From: a phage
DNA: 64,000 nucleotides
NCBI GenBank assembly: GCA_018509705.1
Contig: GCA_018509705.1_3630.1
Direction: 5' to 3' (one strand)
Below the pieces are notes generated by a model. The model was not told the DNA's origin. It saw only the letters and a program-made list of their open reading frames with translations, and ran no database searches. Position 1 is the stretch's first letter; the number at the start of each line of letters is the position of its first letter. The position numbers were made by a program, and so were the translations under genes. Below are positions 28,442 to 37,163 of the stretch, in pieces.

Positions 28442-29404
28442 TGTAGAAGTTTCTTATCGAAATATAGCGACCCTGTAACAGGCGAGGAGAAATACCTTGG
28501 CAGATTTAACTTAGGCGTTGTTAGCCTTAACCTGCCAATGATTGCGGCAAAAGCTAAAACGGAAGGTGTTGATTTCTTTGCAGTTCTTGACGAATACCTG
28601 GATCTTGCATACGAGGCTCACCTTGTAAGGGTTAACCGTCTAAAAGGAACAAAGGCAGGGCAGAACCCTATCATGTGGTGTGAAGGCGCTCTTGCTCGCC
28701 TGGATCCTGAAGAGAGTATTGATAAACTCTTCTATGACGGGTACGCTTCCATCAGTATTGGGTATATTGGTGTGTATGAAACCTGTCAGATTTTGGGCAG
28801 GGAGGGTGACAAGGCTTTAGCTCTTGGAATACTACAGCACATGAGAGATGCTTGTGAGCGATACAAGAAGGAAAGTAGACTAGCGTTTAGCTTGTACGGC
28901 ACTCCTTCTGAGAGTCTATGCTATAAAGCTGCAACCTGTCTGGATCGTGAATATCCTGAAGTGTTGAAGCACGAGCATGAATATCTCACCAACAGTTTCC
29001 ATCAGCCAGTATGGATCAATAGCTCTCCTTTTGATAAGTGGGAGTATGAAGAAGGTTTTGCTATGATATCCTCTGGTGGCAACATCGGATACGTAGAGAC
29101 ACCAAATCTGAAAAACAACTTAGATGCTTTGGAAGCTCTTGTTGATTTCGGATATAAACACATTATGTATTTTGGTATCAACCAGCCTGTGGATAAATGT
29201 CTTAAGTGTGGTTTCTCTGGTGAGTTCAGTGCAACAGCTAAAGGGTTCTGCTGCCCTGCGTGCGGATGCCACGATGAACAATATATCTCAGTGATCCGAA
29301 GAGTGTCTGGATACCTTTCCAGTCCTAACTCCCGTCCTTACAATAAAGGTAAGCAAGCGGAAGTTATAGAACGGGTTAAGCACTACGGAAGTTGTGGTTG
29401 CTGA
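28442..29404 (+). CDS. nrdD: NrdD exon 3 (glycyl-radical domain and C-terminal zinc site)
   Basis: RRVSGYLSSP glycyl-radical motif; CLKCG...CPACGC zinc cluster. Confidence 0.75.
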   Translation, partial: CRSFLSKYSDPVTGEEKYLGRFNLGVVSLNLPMIAAKAKTEGVDFFAVLDEYLDLAYEAHLVRVNRLKGTKAGQNPIMWCEGALARLDPEESIDKLFYDGYASISIGYIGVYETCQILGREGDKALALGILQHMRDACERYKKESRLAFSLYGTPSESLCYKAATCLDREYPEVLKHEHEYLTNSFHQPVWINSSPFDKWEYEEGFAMISSGGNIGYVETPNLKNNLDALEALVDFGYKHIMYFGINQPVDKCLKCGFSGEFSATAKGFCCPACGCHDEQYISVIRRVSGYLSSPNSRPYNKGKQAEVIERVKHYGSCGC

Positions 29405-29470
29405 TACTTGACAAAAGCCACAAGGATGTGGCACCCTTAGTTCAAAGACGAGAACTAAGAGGATTCAGCA

Positions 29471-30631
29471 GTGAGAAAACTTACAACCGAAGATTTTATA
29501 GAGGGGGCGAAAGCAGTTCATGGTGATAAATATGATTATTCCAAAGTCAAATATGTGGGTGCACACACCAAGATTGTAATTATATGCCCTGAGCATGGAG
29601 AATTTAAGAAAACTCTTGGAGATCACCTCCGTAAAAAACAGGGTTGCCCAAAATGTCAGATTGAAGCAGAAAGAGCGGCTTCTGCTGAAAAATTTAAAGC
29701 GGAGGCCGAGGCTAAGTATAATTATAAATATGATTACTCTAAGGTAGAGTATGTAAATGCTAAAACTAAAGTTGTGATTGTTTGTCCTGTTCACGGCGAG
29801 TTTGAGCAAAAGCCTGATAACCATCTCCGCGAGGGGGGTTGCCGTAAGTGTGGAGGAACTGAGAGAAAGACTACTGAAGAGTGGATCGCTGAGGCAAAAG
29901 CGCTTCATGGCGATAAGTATGATTACTCTCTTGTAAATTATAAAACCGGTAATGATAAAGTGGAGATAATCTGTAATACATGTGGTGCTCACTTCCCACA
30001 AAGACCTCATGACCATGCACCAAGTGGAAAAGGTTGCCCCGAGTGCGGGAAGAAGAAGGTGGCCGAGGTTAGTAGGAAGACGCAGAGAAAGAAAGCATCT
30101 GAGGTAGCTAAAAGGTTTGAGGCAAGAGCCAGAGCTATCCATAAAGATAAATACGATTATTCCAGGGTGGAATATGTTAATAGGGAGACAGAGGTCACTA
30201 TCATCTGTCCGATTCACGGGGAGTTCACACAAAAACCGTTTGTCCACATCAACCAAAAAGCTGGCTGTCAAAAATGTGCTAAAGTCGGCTTCTTATCTCA
30301 TGAACATGGTAGCCTTTATATCATGGTTGACGATCTGGAAGTACCAACTATGATGAAAATTGGTGTGAGTGTCCGGGTAGATGAACGAAGAAAAGATGTG
30401 TTAAAAAGAGCTAAAAAAGCTGGTGCTAGATTCTCTGATCTACATGTTATAAAAACTTGGGAAGGAACAACAGACGACATGCAAACTTTAGAAAAAGCTA
30501 TGCACCAAGCCTTGAGCCAATACAAAATCAACTTCACAGAGAAGTTTGATGGCTGTCGAGAGTTCTTCTACTACAGACCGGAGGTGTTCAGCATAGTGGA
30601 AGCAGCGTATAAAGAGATCTGCGGTAAATGA
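29471..30631 (+). CDS. free-standing homing-endonuclease-like protein: four zinc-ribbon repeats plus C-terminal T5orf172/GIY-YIG-like domain
   Basis: Four repeats of HGDKYDYS-x-V-x-Y...CPxHGEF...GCxxC; C-terminal LYIMVDD...KIGVSVR. Confidence 0.55.
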   Translation: MRKLTTEDFIEGAKAVHGDKYDYSKVKYVGAHTKIVIICPEHGEFKKTLGDHLRKKQGCPKCQIEAERAASAEKFKAEAEAKYNYKYDYSKVEYVNAKTKVVIVCPVHGEFEQKPDNHLREGGCRKCGGTERKTTEEWIAEAKALHGDKYDYSLVNYKTGNDKVEIICNTCGAHFPQRPHDHAPSGKGCPECGKKKVAEVSRKTQRKKASEVAKRFEARARAIHKDKYDYSRVEYVNRETEVTIICPIHGEFTQKPFVHINQKAGCQKCAKVGFLSHEHGSLYIMVDDLEVPTMMKIGVSVRVDERRKDVLKRAKKAGARFSDLHVIKTWEGTTDDMQTLEKAMHQALSQYKINFTEKFDGCREFFYYRPEVFSIVEAAYKEICGK

Positions 30632-30683
30632 TCGTAGAAAGATACACACATCTTAAACATGCTATAAACTAAGGAGGTACAGT

Positions 30684-30800
30684 ATGTCTAAAGGTATTTC
30701 TAAAATTTGCAAGTGTGGTTGTCGTTGCAATCTTCGTTGGTGCAAGGCACTAGATGATTTTATTTGGCATTGCCCTAAATGTGATACGGAGTATCTATGA
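30684..30800 (+). CDS. small zinc-ribbon protein (38 aa)
   Basis: Strong AAGGAGG RBS; CKCGCRC...CPKCD; stop overlaps nrdG start. Confidence 0.35.
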   Translation: MSKGISKICKCGCRCNLRWCKALDDFIWHCPKCDTEYL

Positions 30801-31270
30801 ACATTGTCGGATACACAGAAATATCTTACACAGAAGGGCCAGGTATTAGAACTGCCTTGTGGGTATCTGGGTGCCCACACGCTTGCCCTGGTTGCTTTAA
30901 TCAGGCATTTTGGTCAAAAGATAAGGGGAGGGAGTTCACTGAAGAAGATTTGCAAAAAATCTTGTCAGATTTAGATAACCCGTCTGTGTGCGGTATCTCT
31001 CTGCTGGGTGGAGAACCCTTAGCATACTATAATGAGCCAGATATTATTAGCCTGATGGAGAAAATTAAGGAAAAATTTGGTGACAAGAAAACTATTCTTG
31101 TATATACTGGGTTCACATTTAACCATATCTCTAGTGATGTTCTTAAACTGGCTGATATCATCATTGACGGTAAGTATGTAAAAGATTTACCAACCAAGAA
31201 ACCGTTCCGAGGCAGTGATAATCAAAGAATGTTTAAAAAAGTATCAGGCGGTTGGGTTCAGGTAGACTAG
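30797..31270 (+). CDS. nrdG: anaerobic RNR activating enzyme (radical SAM)
   Basis: N-terminal GPGIRTALWVSGCPHACPGCFN cluster. Confidence 0.8.
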   Translation: MNIVGYTEISYTEGPGIRTALWVSGCPHACPGCFNQAFWSKDKGREFTEEDLQKILSDLDNPSVCGISLLGGEPLAYYNEPDIISLMEKIKEKFGDKKTILVYTGFTFNHISSDVLKLADIIIDGKYVKDLPTKKPFRGSDNQRMFKKVSGGWVQVD

Positions 31271-31273
31271 TTG

Positions 31274-31303
31274 TTGACAAAGCTTTGTTTAGATAGGTAT
31301 AAT
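31274..31303 (+). promoter_or_regulatory. sigma70-like promoter
   Basis: TTGACA-18nt-TATAAT. Confidence 0.55.
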
Positions 31304-31335
31304 TATCGTAAAATGAAAGCAGAGGAGGTGCCAAA

Positions 31336-31449
31336 TGGCTAAAAAAGCCTTGAAGAAGGCGTACAAGAAAGAGATTGCGCTTGAGCTTAAGAAAAAACAC
31401 AAGCGTGAAAAGAAACATCATGAGGATGAAGAGGGGGTGCAACAGTGAC
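31336..31449 (+). CDS. small lysine-rich protein (37 aa)
   Basis: GAGGAGG RBS then ATG; MAKKALKKAYKKEIALELKKKHKREKKHHEDEEGVQQ. Confidence 0.3.
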
Positions 31450-31795
31450 ACAAGAACGTATCGATTTGGCTAATAAGTTTGTAGATCTCATTTTGCCACG
31501 GTTAGTTACTCAACATGCAGACGCTATTTCTACTAATCTTGATGGCTTACGCCTAATGCTGAATCGCACAGATGATCCTCGTATTCGAGCTGATTTAGAA
31601 GCCTCTGCCAACAAACTGGAAAAGTTCTTGCAAGTAGATACGCAAGAAGCCTTACACAAGATTATGGTGGAAGGTTTCTCTAAAGAATTTACCATTAAAG
31701 AGCTTAAGGAGCTGATCCACCAAGAAGAGATGAATATCCGAGTTCAGGCTGTTGCAAGCAGCATGGAAGCGGCTATTGAAAAACTGTTGCAGTAA
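31445..31795 (+). CDS. hypothetical protein
   Basis: ORF track. Confidence 0.4.
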   Translation: MTQERIDLANKFVDLILPRLVTQHADAISTNLDGLRLMLNRTDDPRIRADLEASANKLEKFLQVDTQEALHKIMVEGFSKEFTIKELKELIHQEEMNIRVQAVASSMEAAIEKLLQ

Positions 31796-31833
31796 AAGTA
31801 CTTGGCACATCTCAATCTGAAAGGAGTACCAAC

Positions 31834-32622
31834 ATGGGTCGAGCTAAAGAAACAAAACGCATGCGTGATGAAGCTAGAGAGGCTCGCAAATCTGATCGCC
31901 TGCGTAAGGCTGCTGAGAAATTTGCTGACGAACGAGAGCACACCGCTCCAGCTCTCCGACCGATGAATAAAAAGCAGCAAAAGTATCTTGATTATCTAGG
32001 GTCGCGTAAGATTATTATTGTAAACGGTGTGTTTGGATCCGGTAAGACATTCATGGCATCTGCATATGCAGGTGATCTTCTGCGTAAGAATGAGATTGAT
32101 AAGATCATTGTTGCACGTCCTTATGTACAGACCGGAAAATCAAGCGGATACAAACCGGGAACGTCAATGCAGAAGCTTTGGCCTTACCTTCGCAGTATGA
32201 TGGACACTATTTGTCGTCGTGTTGGCAAAGGTGCTTTTGCCGCAATGCTGGGAGATGGTCAGAACAGCCGTATCGAGATTTGTGAAGTTGAAAGCATTCG
32301 TGGTCGTAGTTTCGATGAGCGATGCTTTGTCCTGATTGACGAGGCACAGCAAACTAACCCTGAAGAAATGTTGTCAATTATCACAAGGATCTCTGATCAG
32401 GCCACACTTGTAATTATGGGAGATAATAGCCAACGCGACATCCCTGGTAAATCTGGCCTTGCATGGGTGACGGATTTCTTTACTCGTCATCCAGATCCTG
32501 AGGTTGGAATGATCAGCTTTGATAGTCCAGACGATGTCGTTCGTTCTGGGTTGGGTCGTCAGATTGCACTCAATCTTATTGAGGATCGTGCAAATCATAT
32601 TTGGACCCCTGTTTCCGAGTAA
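31834..32622 (+). CDS. phoH: PhoH-like ATPase
   Basis: Walker A GVFGSGKTF, Walker B VLIDEAQ, PhoH-like C-terminal region. Confidence 0.8.
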   Translation: MGRAKETKRMRDEAREARKSDRLRKAAEKFADEREHTAPALRPMNKKQQKYLDYLGSRKIIIVNGVFGSGKTFMASAYAGDLLRKNEIDKIIVARPYVQTGKSSGYKPGTSMQKLWPYLRSMMDTICRRVGKGAFAAMLGDGQNSRIEICEVESIRGRSFDERCFVLIDEAQQTNPEEMLSIITRISDQATLVIMGDNSQRDIPGKSGLAWVTDFFTRHPDPEVGMISFDSPDDVVRSGLGRQIALNLIEDRANHIWTPVSE

Positions 32623-32666
32623 TACAGAAGGGTGGTTATTCCACCCTTAAATGTCTAAAACAGTTG

Positions 32667-32695
32667 TTGACAAACAGGTGAGCTTTAGATACTAT
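32667..32695 (+). promoter_or_regulatory. sigma70-like promoter
   Basis: TTGACA-17nt-TACTAT then AAGGAGA RBS. Confidence 0.5.
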
Positions 32696-32725
32696 TATTG
32701 GACAAAACAAGGAGAAGGGCACAGT

Positions 32726-33037
32726 ATGGCTACAATACAAGAGAGACTGAATAAAATATACTGCCTGTTTGTCTATAACGGTGAGACAATTTTGGCAAAT
32801 AAAGGATCCAAGAATGTGTGGACCAAGGATAGTGGTGGTAATATAATCAACTTAGCGTTGCTACGTGAGCGCCGACACAGATTCTTTACCGAGTCTCGGA
32901 TTATTGAAAGCAGCACCTGCTACAGAACAGGCGATAAAGTGATTGTTGACAATGATACGTGGTATGTGGTAGACTGGCAATCATTGAGCTGTGATGCTTC
33001 TGACAATCGTAAGTATTCCATAGTGATTGCTAAATAA
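32726..33037 (+). CDS. hypothetical protein
   Basis: Start placed after promoter/RBS. Confidence 0.45.
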   Translation: MATIQERLNKIYCLFVYNGETILANKGSKNVWTKDSGGNIINLALLRERRHRFFTESRIIESSTCYRTGDKVIVDNDTWYVVDWQSLSCDASDNRKYSIVIAK

Positions 33038-33097
33038 AGGTAAATGTGAATCAGGTTTAAATAAACAGCTTTCAACTTCCAATATTAAGGATTTCTC

Positions 33098-34147
33098 ATG
33101 AATTTAACATATCGCAGCACCATGGTACACGGCATGAAAGAAAAACAGAACGGTTTCGAACCTATGAGTAATAAAATGTTCGGTATGCCGGGTGGTATTA
33201 TGGAAACATACAGCTACCCAACACCAGTTGTTGACCACGTTCTTTATATCGACGATTTGGAAGACTTACAAGATCATATGTCTCGTCTGCAGACGATCCG
33301 TATGGCTCAGCCGGAAGAAAGCATTCGGGTGATCATCAATAGCCCTGGGGGTTGCGTGCACATTGCAATGGCTTATCTGCAGGCATTCCGCGAGTCTCAG
33401 GCAAGCGTTGTTGCACATGCTGAAGGGATGTGCTGCTCTGCTGGAACAATCTTATGGCTTGGTTGCAAAGAACGTACTGTGGCTCCGGACACAGAATTTA
33501 TGTTCCACTACTATCAAGGTGGCACTTATGGTAACGGTGTGAACATGAATACTCAGGTCAGCTACTGGAAAAAACGTTTTGAACGCCTGATCGAAAAATA
33601 CTACGGTGGGGTGCTGACAGAAGATGAGATCGCATCCATCACAGCTGGCGGTGAAGTGTGGTTAGATGGAGAAGAGCTGGCATCTAGAACTGGTGCTATC
33701 ATTCTGGACGATGAAAACATTCAGCGCATTCAGAATGGACAGAAACCGAAAAAGCTTTTGGCAAAAAGTGATGAAGAAGGTGTGCTAGGCGAAGCAGGCC
33801 TGCCAGAGATTCACCAATGCACATCTCTGGACGAGCTGGTTCATGCTGTTGAGTCTGCAAAAGCAAATGGTATGAAAGATGATGTTCACACTGTGTTCCT
33901 GAATCTGCAGATGGAAAGTGGCGAGACCGTCCGGATCGCCCTGGGTGAAATTACTTCAGAAGATCTGCAGCGATTCTCTGTCGTCGAACTTCAGGATATT
34001 CTGTCTCAATTGAAGACTACTCTGAACGGCGGTGAAGAGGTTAAGGTGAAAGACAAGACCCGCAAGCGTCTGATGGACAATATCATTAAAACAGCAAAAG
34101 AGCTCAATGAAAAAATCCTGGGTGCAGGAATTGTCGAAGAAGCTTAA
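33098..34147 (+). CDS. ClpP-fold serine peptidase with long acidic helical C-terminal extension
   Basis: INSPGG, catalytic-Ser context GMCCSAGT, FMFHYYQGG. Confidence 0.5.
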   Translation: MNLTYRSTMVHGMKEKQNGFEPMSNKMFGMPGGIMETYSYPTPVVDHVLYIDDLEDLQDHMSRLQTIRMAQPEESIRVIINSPGGCVHIAMAYLQAFRESQASVVAHAEGMCCSAGTILWLGCKERTVAPDTEFMFHYYQGGTYGNGVNMNTQVSYWKKRFERLIEKYYGGVLTEDEIASITAGGEVWLDGEELASRTGAIILDDENIQRIQNGQKPKKLLAKSDEEGVLGEAGLPEIHQCTSLDELVHAVESAKANGMKDDVHTVFLNLQMESGETVRIALGEITSEDLQRFSVVELQDILSQLKTTLNGGEEVKVKDKTRKRLMDNIIKTAKELNEKILGAGIVEEA

Positions 34148-34159
34148 ACATTAATTCTA

Positions 34160-34184
34160 AAGCCCTCTTCGGAGGGCTTTTATG
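34160..34184 (+). terminator. Rho-independent terminator
   Basis: AAGCCCTC-TTCG-GAGGGCTT plus TTTAT. Confidence 0.6.
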
Positions 34185-34198
34185 ATCTGGAGATTTGC

Positions 34199-34732
34199 AT
34201 GACTTGTGCTAGAAAACCTGATGAACAACGTAACGCATACGATGAGTATGTGACACCGGAGTGGTGTGCAGAAGGGCTGTATGACCTTATTCCGTTCCCA
34301 GAGGGCTGGACCTACTTAGAGCCTTGCAGGAATAGTGCCTCAGGTGTGTTCTACTCCCGTATGCCGTTAGGATCTGCATGGGGAGAAATCCAAGAAGGTG
34401 TTGACTATCTGAATACAGAATACAACCATGTTGACTGTATTATCACCAACCCACCATACAGTTTGGCTCGTGAGTTTGTAGACAAGGCGTTGAAAGATGC
34501 TGACGTAGTTATTATGCTTTTGCGTCTTAATTTTCTGGAAAGCAAAGCCAGATTTGAATGGTGGCTTGATAATGCACCTACCACTGTGATCACAATATCT
34601 AAGCGTCCATCTTTTCAATCAAATGGCAGAACTGACGGGCAAGCATATGCATATTTTGTGTGGGATAAGAAAAACCGTTTAGGCTTGCCGCCATTTATGT
34701 GGTTGGCACCACCAGAGGTAGACCTGAAATGA
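34199..34732 (+). CDS. DNA methyltransferase (N6-adenine or N4-cytosine)
   Basis: Catalytic motif ITNPPY. Confidence 0.55.
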   Translation: MTCARKPDEQRNAYDEYVTPEWCAEGLYDLIPFPEGWTYLEPCRNSASGVFYSRMPLGSAWGEIQEGVDYLNTEYNHVDCIITNPPYSLAREFVDKALKDADVVIMLLRLNFLESKARFEWWLDNAPTTVITISKRPSFQSNGRTDGQAYAYFVWDKKNRLGLPPFMWLAPPEVDLK

Positions 34733-35013
34733 AAATGAGTGCTAAGGACAAATTACACCAGTTAGCGCTAAAACGTCCTGTAACGCTCCCTGACGAGCTT
34801 AACTCCATTTATGATGCGATTGTAGGGGAGATACAAAATAAAGCGTTAGCAGGCTTTCTGGGGTGCGGATTTTCGATAAATCTACCCTCGCATCTCTCAG
34901 ATTACTTCCCGCACATTGTTGGAGATTTAAGGGCAGGAGGTCTGCAGGTAGATGTTGTTGGCATCTCCCCAGAGAAAAATAATACGGTTGCCTACTTGAC
35001 AGTAACCTGGTAG
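34729..35013 (+). CDS. hypothetical protein
   Basis: ATG overlapping methyltransferase stop. Confidence 0.4.
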   Translation: MKMSAKDKLHQLALKRPVTLPDELNSIYDAIVGEIQNKALAGFLGCGFSINLPSHLSDYFPHIVGDLRAGGLQVDVVGISPEKNNTVAYLTVTW

Positions 35014-35050
35014 TTGTGTATTGTTGTTTTCAACAAGAGGGGGGTCATTT

Positions 35051-35290
35051 ATGTACAAGTCATTTTCAATCTACTCAAGACAGGCGAAACACTACACAGA
35101 GATCCTGATCACTCAGAAAAAATCTGTGGAAGGTGAGTGGGAATATCACCATAAAATGTTGCGTCCAGACTGGGTTTTTGATAGACTTATTGCTATGATC
35201 CCTCTCGGAGAAGTATACCCTCTGACAGCCCATCGCGATGCTTGGGATTTAATTGATTACATAGATTCATTTAAGGAGCCTAGATTATGA
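35051..35290 (+). CDS. hypothetical protein
   Basis: GAGGGGGG RBS then ATG 35051. Confidence 0.4.
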   Translation: MYKSFSIYSRQAKHYTEILITQKKSVEGEWEYHHKMLRPDWVFDRLIAMIPLGEVYPLTAHRDAWDLIDYIDSFKEPRL

Positions 35291-35688
35291 AGATTGAGAT
35301 TACTAAAGAAGGTAAGAAAGTGTCCGGCAACTATGCAACAGTAATTCGGGATTTAATGTTTGAAGCCACCAAGATCGGTACATCTAAAGTTGGTCAAACT
35401 GTTAGTGTGCAAAGTAATATCGCCACAGGAGAGAAGGTATTCATTGTGGTCAAAGGGCAGGATCCTGTGGAAGGAACAGTGGGCCGAGGAGGTTACCTGT
35501 GCATTTCTGAAGAGCCTCGTATGCTAGTGGCTGACTCCGCTACTATAGGTGGGAAACGTGTGTGCGAGGCGGATGAGGTAATGATTATCCAGCCTGTTGA
35601 CCCAGATGATCCAGCAACTTGGATGGTAGGAAATGAAATCTTCTCTTTAGAAGAGTTATCCTTCCCAGCCCCGCGCTCTGTTCAGTAA
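35287..35688 (+). CDS. small acidic protein, family-A paralogue
   Basis: MKIEIT... start, acidic tail; resembles other family-A members. Confidence 0.45.
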   Translation: MKIEITKEGKKVSGNYATVIRDLMFEATKIGTSKVGQTVSVQSNIATGEKVFIVVKGQDPVEGTVGRGGYLCISEEPRMLVADSATIGGKRVCEADEVMIIQPVDPDDPATWMVGNEIFSLEELSFPAPRSVQ

Positions 35689-35727
35689 TAATTTATCTTA
35701 CCAGGGACGGTAGAAGCAGGAGGTAGC

Positions 35728-35961
35728 ATGAAAGTTAAATTTCTTACAGATTTAGGGTACCCTTCCTTGGTTGACTGTGTTGGTAAAATTGTGGAAGCAA
35801 AACGGCTATCTGCAAACGAGAATGTTGTCCTGGTTAAAGGGAAGGATTTACTAGCTGCAGGTGCAGAGTCTGGCAGGATCTCTCCTGATTATATGTATTA
35901 CCTATCTTTAAGTAATCTGCCAGAGCGAGGCGGTAAAGGCCTTGAAGTTGTGGAGGAGTGA
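35728..35961 (+). CDS. small acidic protein, family-A paralogue
   Basis: MKVKFLTD...KGKDLLAAGAESG; close to 39392 and 39609 members. Confidence 0.5.
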   Translation: MKVKFLTDLGYPSLVDCVGKIVEAKRLSANENVVLVKGKDLLAAGAESGRISPDYMYYLSLSNLPERGGKGLEVVEE

Positions 35962-36491
35962 CAGGTATGCTTCTGATTAACTGGGAAGACCTCTATGGGG
36001 ACAAAGACCCTGTTGCGTTTGTTGATCGTAGGTGGAGATACACTGAAGAACAACTGGCGGCAAAAAATTTAACTGCAAAACGCAGAAAGATCATCCAGTG
36101 CAAGTACAAATACGCACAGTTTGCTGCAAAAGTGTCTCCACAAATCGAGAGCTTTGTGCTTAAATTGTATGACGAGTACCTCAAATTCAAATTGGATTTT
36201 GTACAGGTGTACCGTGCACAGGTACGACCAGATACCAACATATGTAGATGGAAGGTTGTTTGTGACGGTAAAGATTTGCCGCTCAGCTTGACAATTGAGT
36301 GGCGTTATGGGTATCATGAGTGTGGTCTGTATGATATTTGGGATGTCATTGTAGATCCTGCTAAGCATCTGAACACAGAGGAGCTGGAATATATCAATAA
36401 GGTTATTCTCGATATGTTTTTCAGCTACACCCATGAAAACTCTGAGAAAGAACGGGATAATTTTCTTGACACCCTCAGCTGCCATTTGTAG
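35958..36491 (+). CDS. hypothetical protein (177 aa)
   Basis: ORF track. Confidence 0.45.
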   Translation: MTGMLLINWEDLYGDKDPVAFVDRRWRYTEEQLAAKNLTAKRRKIIQCKYKYAQFAAKVSPQIESFVLKLYDEYLKFKLDFVQVYRAQVRPDTNICRWKVVCDGKDLPLSLTIEWRYGYHECGLYDIWDVIVDPAKHLNTEELEYINKVILDMFFSYTHENSEKERDNFLDTLSCHL

Positions 36492-36521
36492 TATACAATT
36501 TAACCTACAAAGGGAGGACCA

Positions 36522-36758
36522 ATGAGTATAAATGTTGTGCTAATAGGTTACCTGGTAATGTCCGTTATAACAGCGGTATTCTTGACAGGTGTATGCATCG
36601 TGTCCAGACGAAGGGTGAAGTTTGATGATTTTATCACCATCATCACTGCTGCACCTTTTTGGCCTGTTGTTATCTTCATCGTGATAATGTGCCTGGTTGA
36701 TTACTACAAGAATATCCGTAAGGAGAAAAAGGAGGGTAGGGATGGAGACCGCACCTAA
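36522..36758 (+). CDS. small membrane protein (two TM helices)
   Basis: Hydrophobic segments VLIGYLVMSVITAVFLTGVCIV and AAPFWPVVIFIVIMCLV. Confidence 0.45.
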   Translation: MSINVVLIGYLVMSVITAVFLTGVCIVSRRRVKFDDFITIITAAPFWPVVIFIVIMCLVDYYKNIRKEKKEGRDGDRT

Positions 36759-36894
36759 AACTGTTTATACTGTTCTTAAAGAGATTGCGTTCTACGCAGA
36801 TCTTAGCCAGGCACCTTTATGGGAAAAGAGCATGTATTTAAAATGGTGCGTTAATTTAGGGAGGCCTTCCAGTGTTTCAAGCCATGTTTATTGA
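36742..36894 (+). CDS. hypothetical small protein
   Basis: ATG inside track ORF 36697-36894. Confidence 0.3.
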   Translation: METAPKTVYTVLKEIAFYADLSQAPLWEKSMYLKWCVNLGRPSSVSSHVY

Positions 36895-36977
36895 GATGCT
36901 ATCTGGGGTATTGTTACTGGTAGCCATCTTAGGTGGTGCAGTTCTGATGTATAACTATCTTGAAAAAGGAGACAGCA

Positions 36978-37163
36978 ATGGTAAAAAATAAATCTTTAGA
37001 GCAGGCTGAAAACCTTCTCCACGAGCTGGTAAAGGAGTGGAAAGTTGAATACTCAGATTTTAATGCACGAGAGGGTGAAGATTATTGGCCTACTGAGCGC
37101 TCCGAGGGTGAATGGTATCAAGATTTTATAGAGTGGTTATATCAGACGTGCGATGAGGGGTGA
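36978..37163 (+). CDS. hypothetical small acidic protein
   Basis: AAGGAGA RBS then ATG 36978. Confidence 0.4.
   Translation: MVKNKSLEQAENLLHELVKEWKVEYSDFNAREGEDYWPTERSEGEWYQDFIEWLYQTCDEG

Noticed and set aside
29465-30271. 268-aa minus-strand ORF
   Set aside because: Antisense to the repeat-rich T5orf172-like gene; its length is an artefact of the sense-strand repeats.
32620-32650. Hairpin GGGTGG-TTAT-TCCACCC after phoH as a terminator
   Set aside because: Stem is present but the downstream tract is TTAAA rather than a U-run; may only be an attenuating structure, so not listed as a feature.
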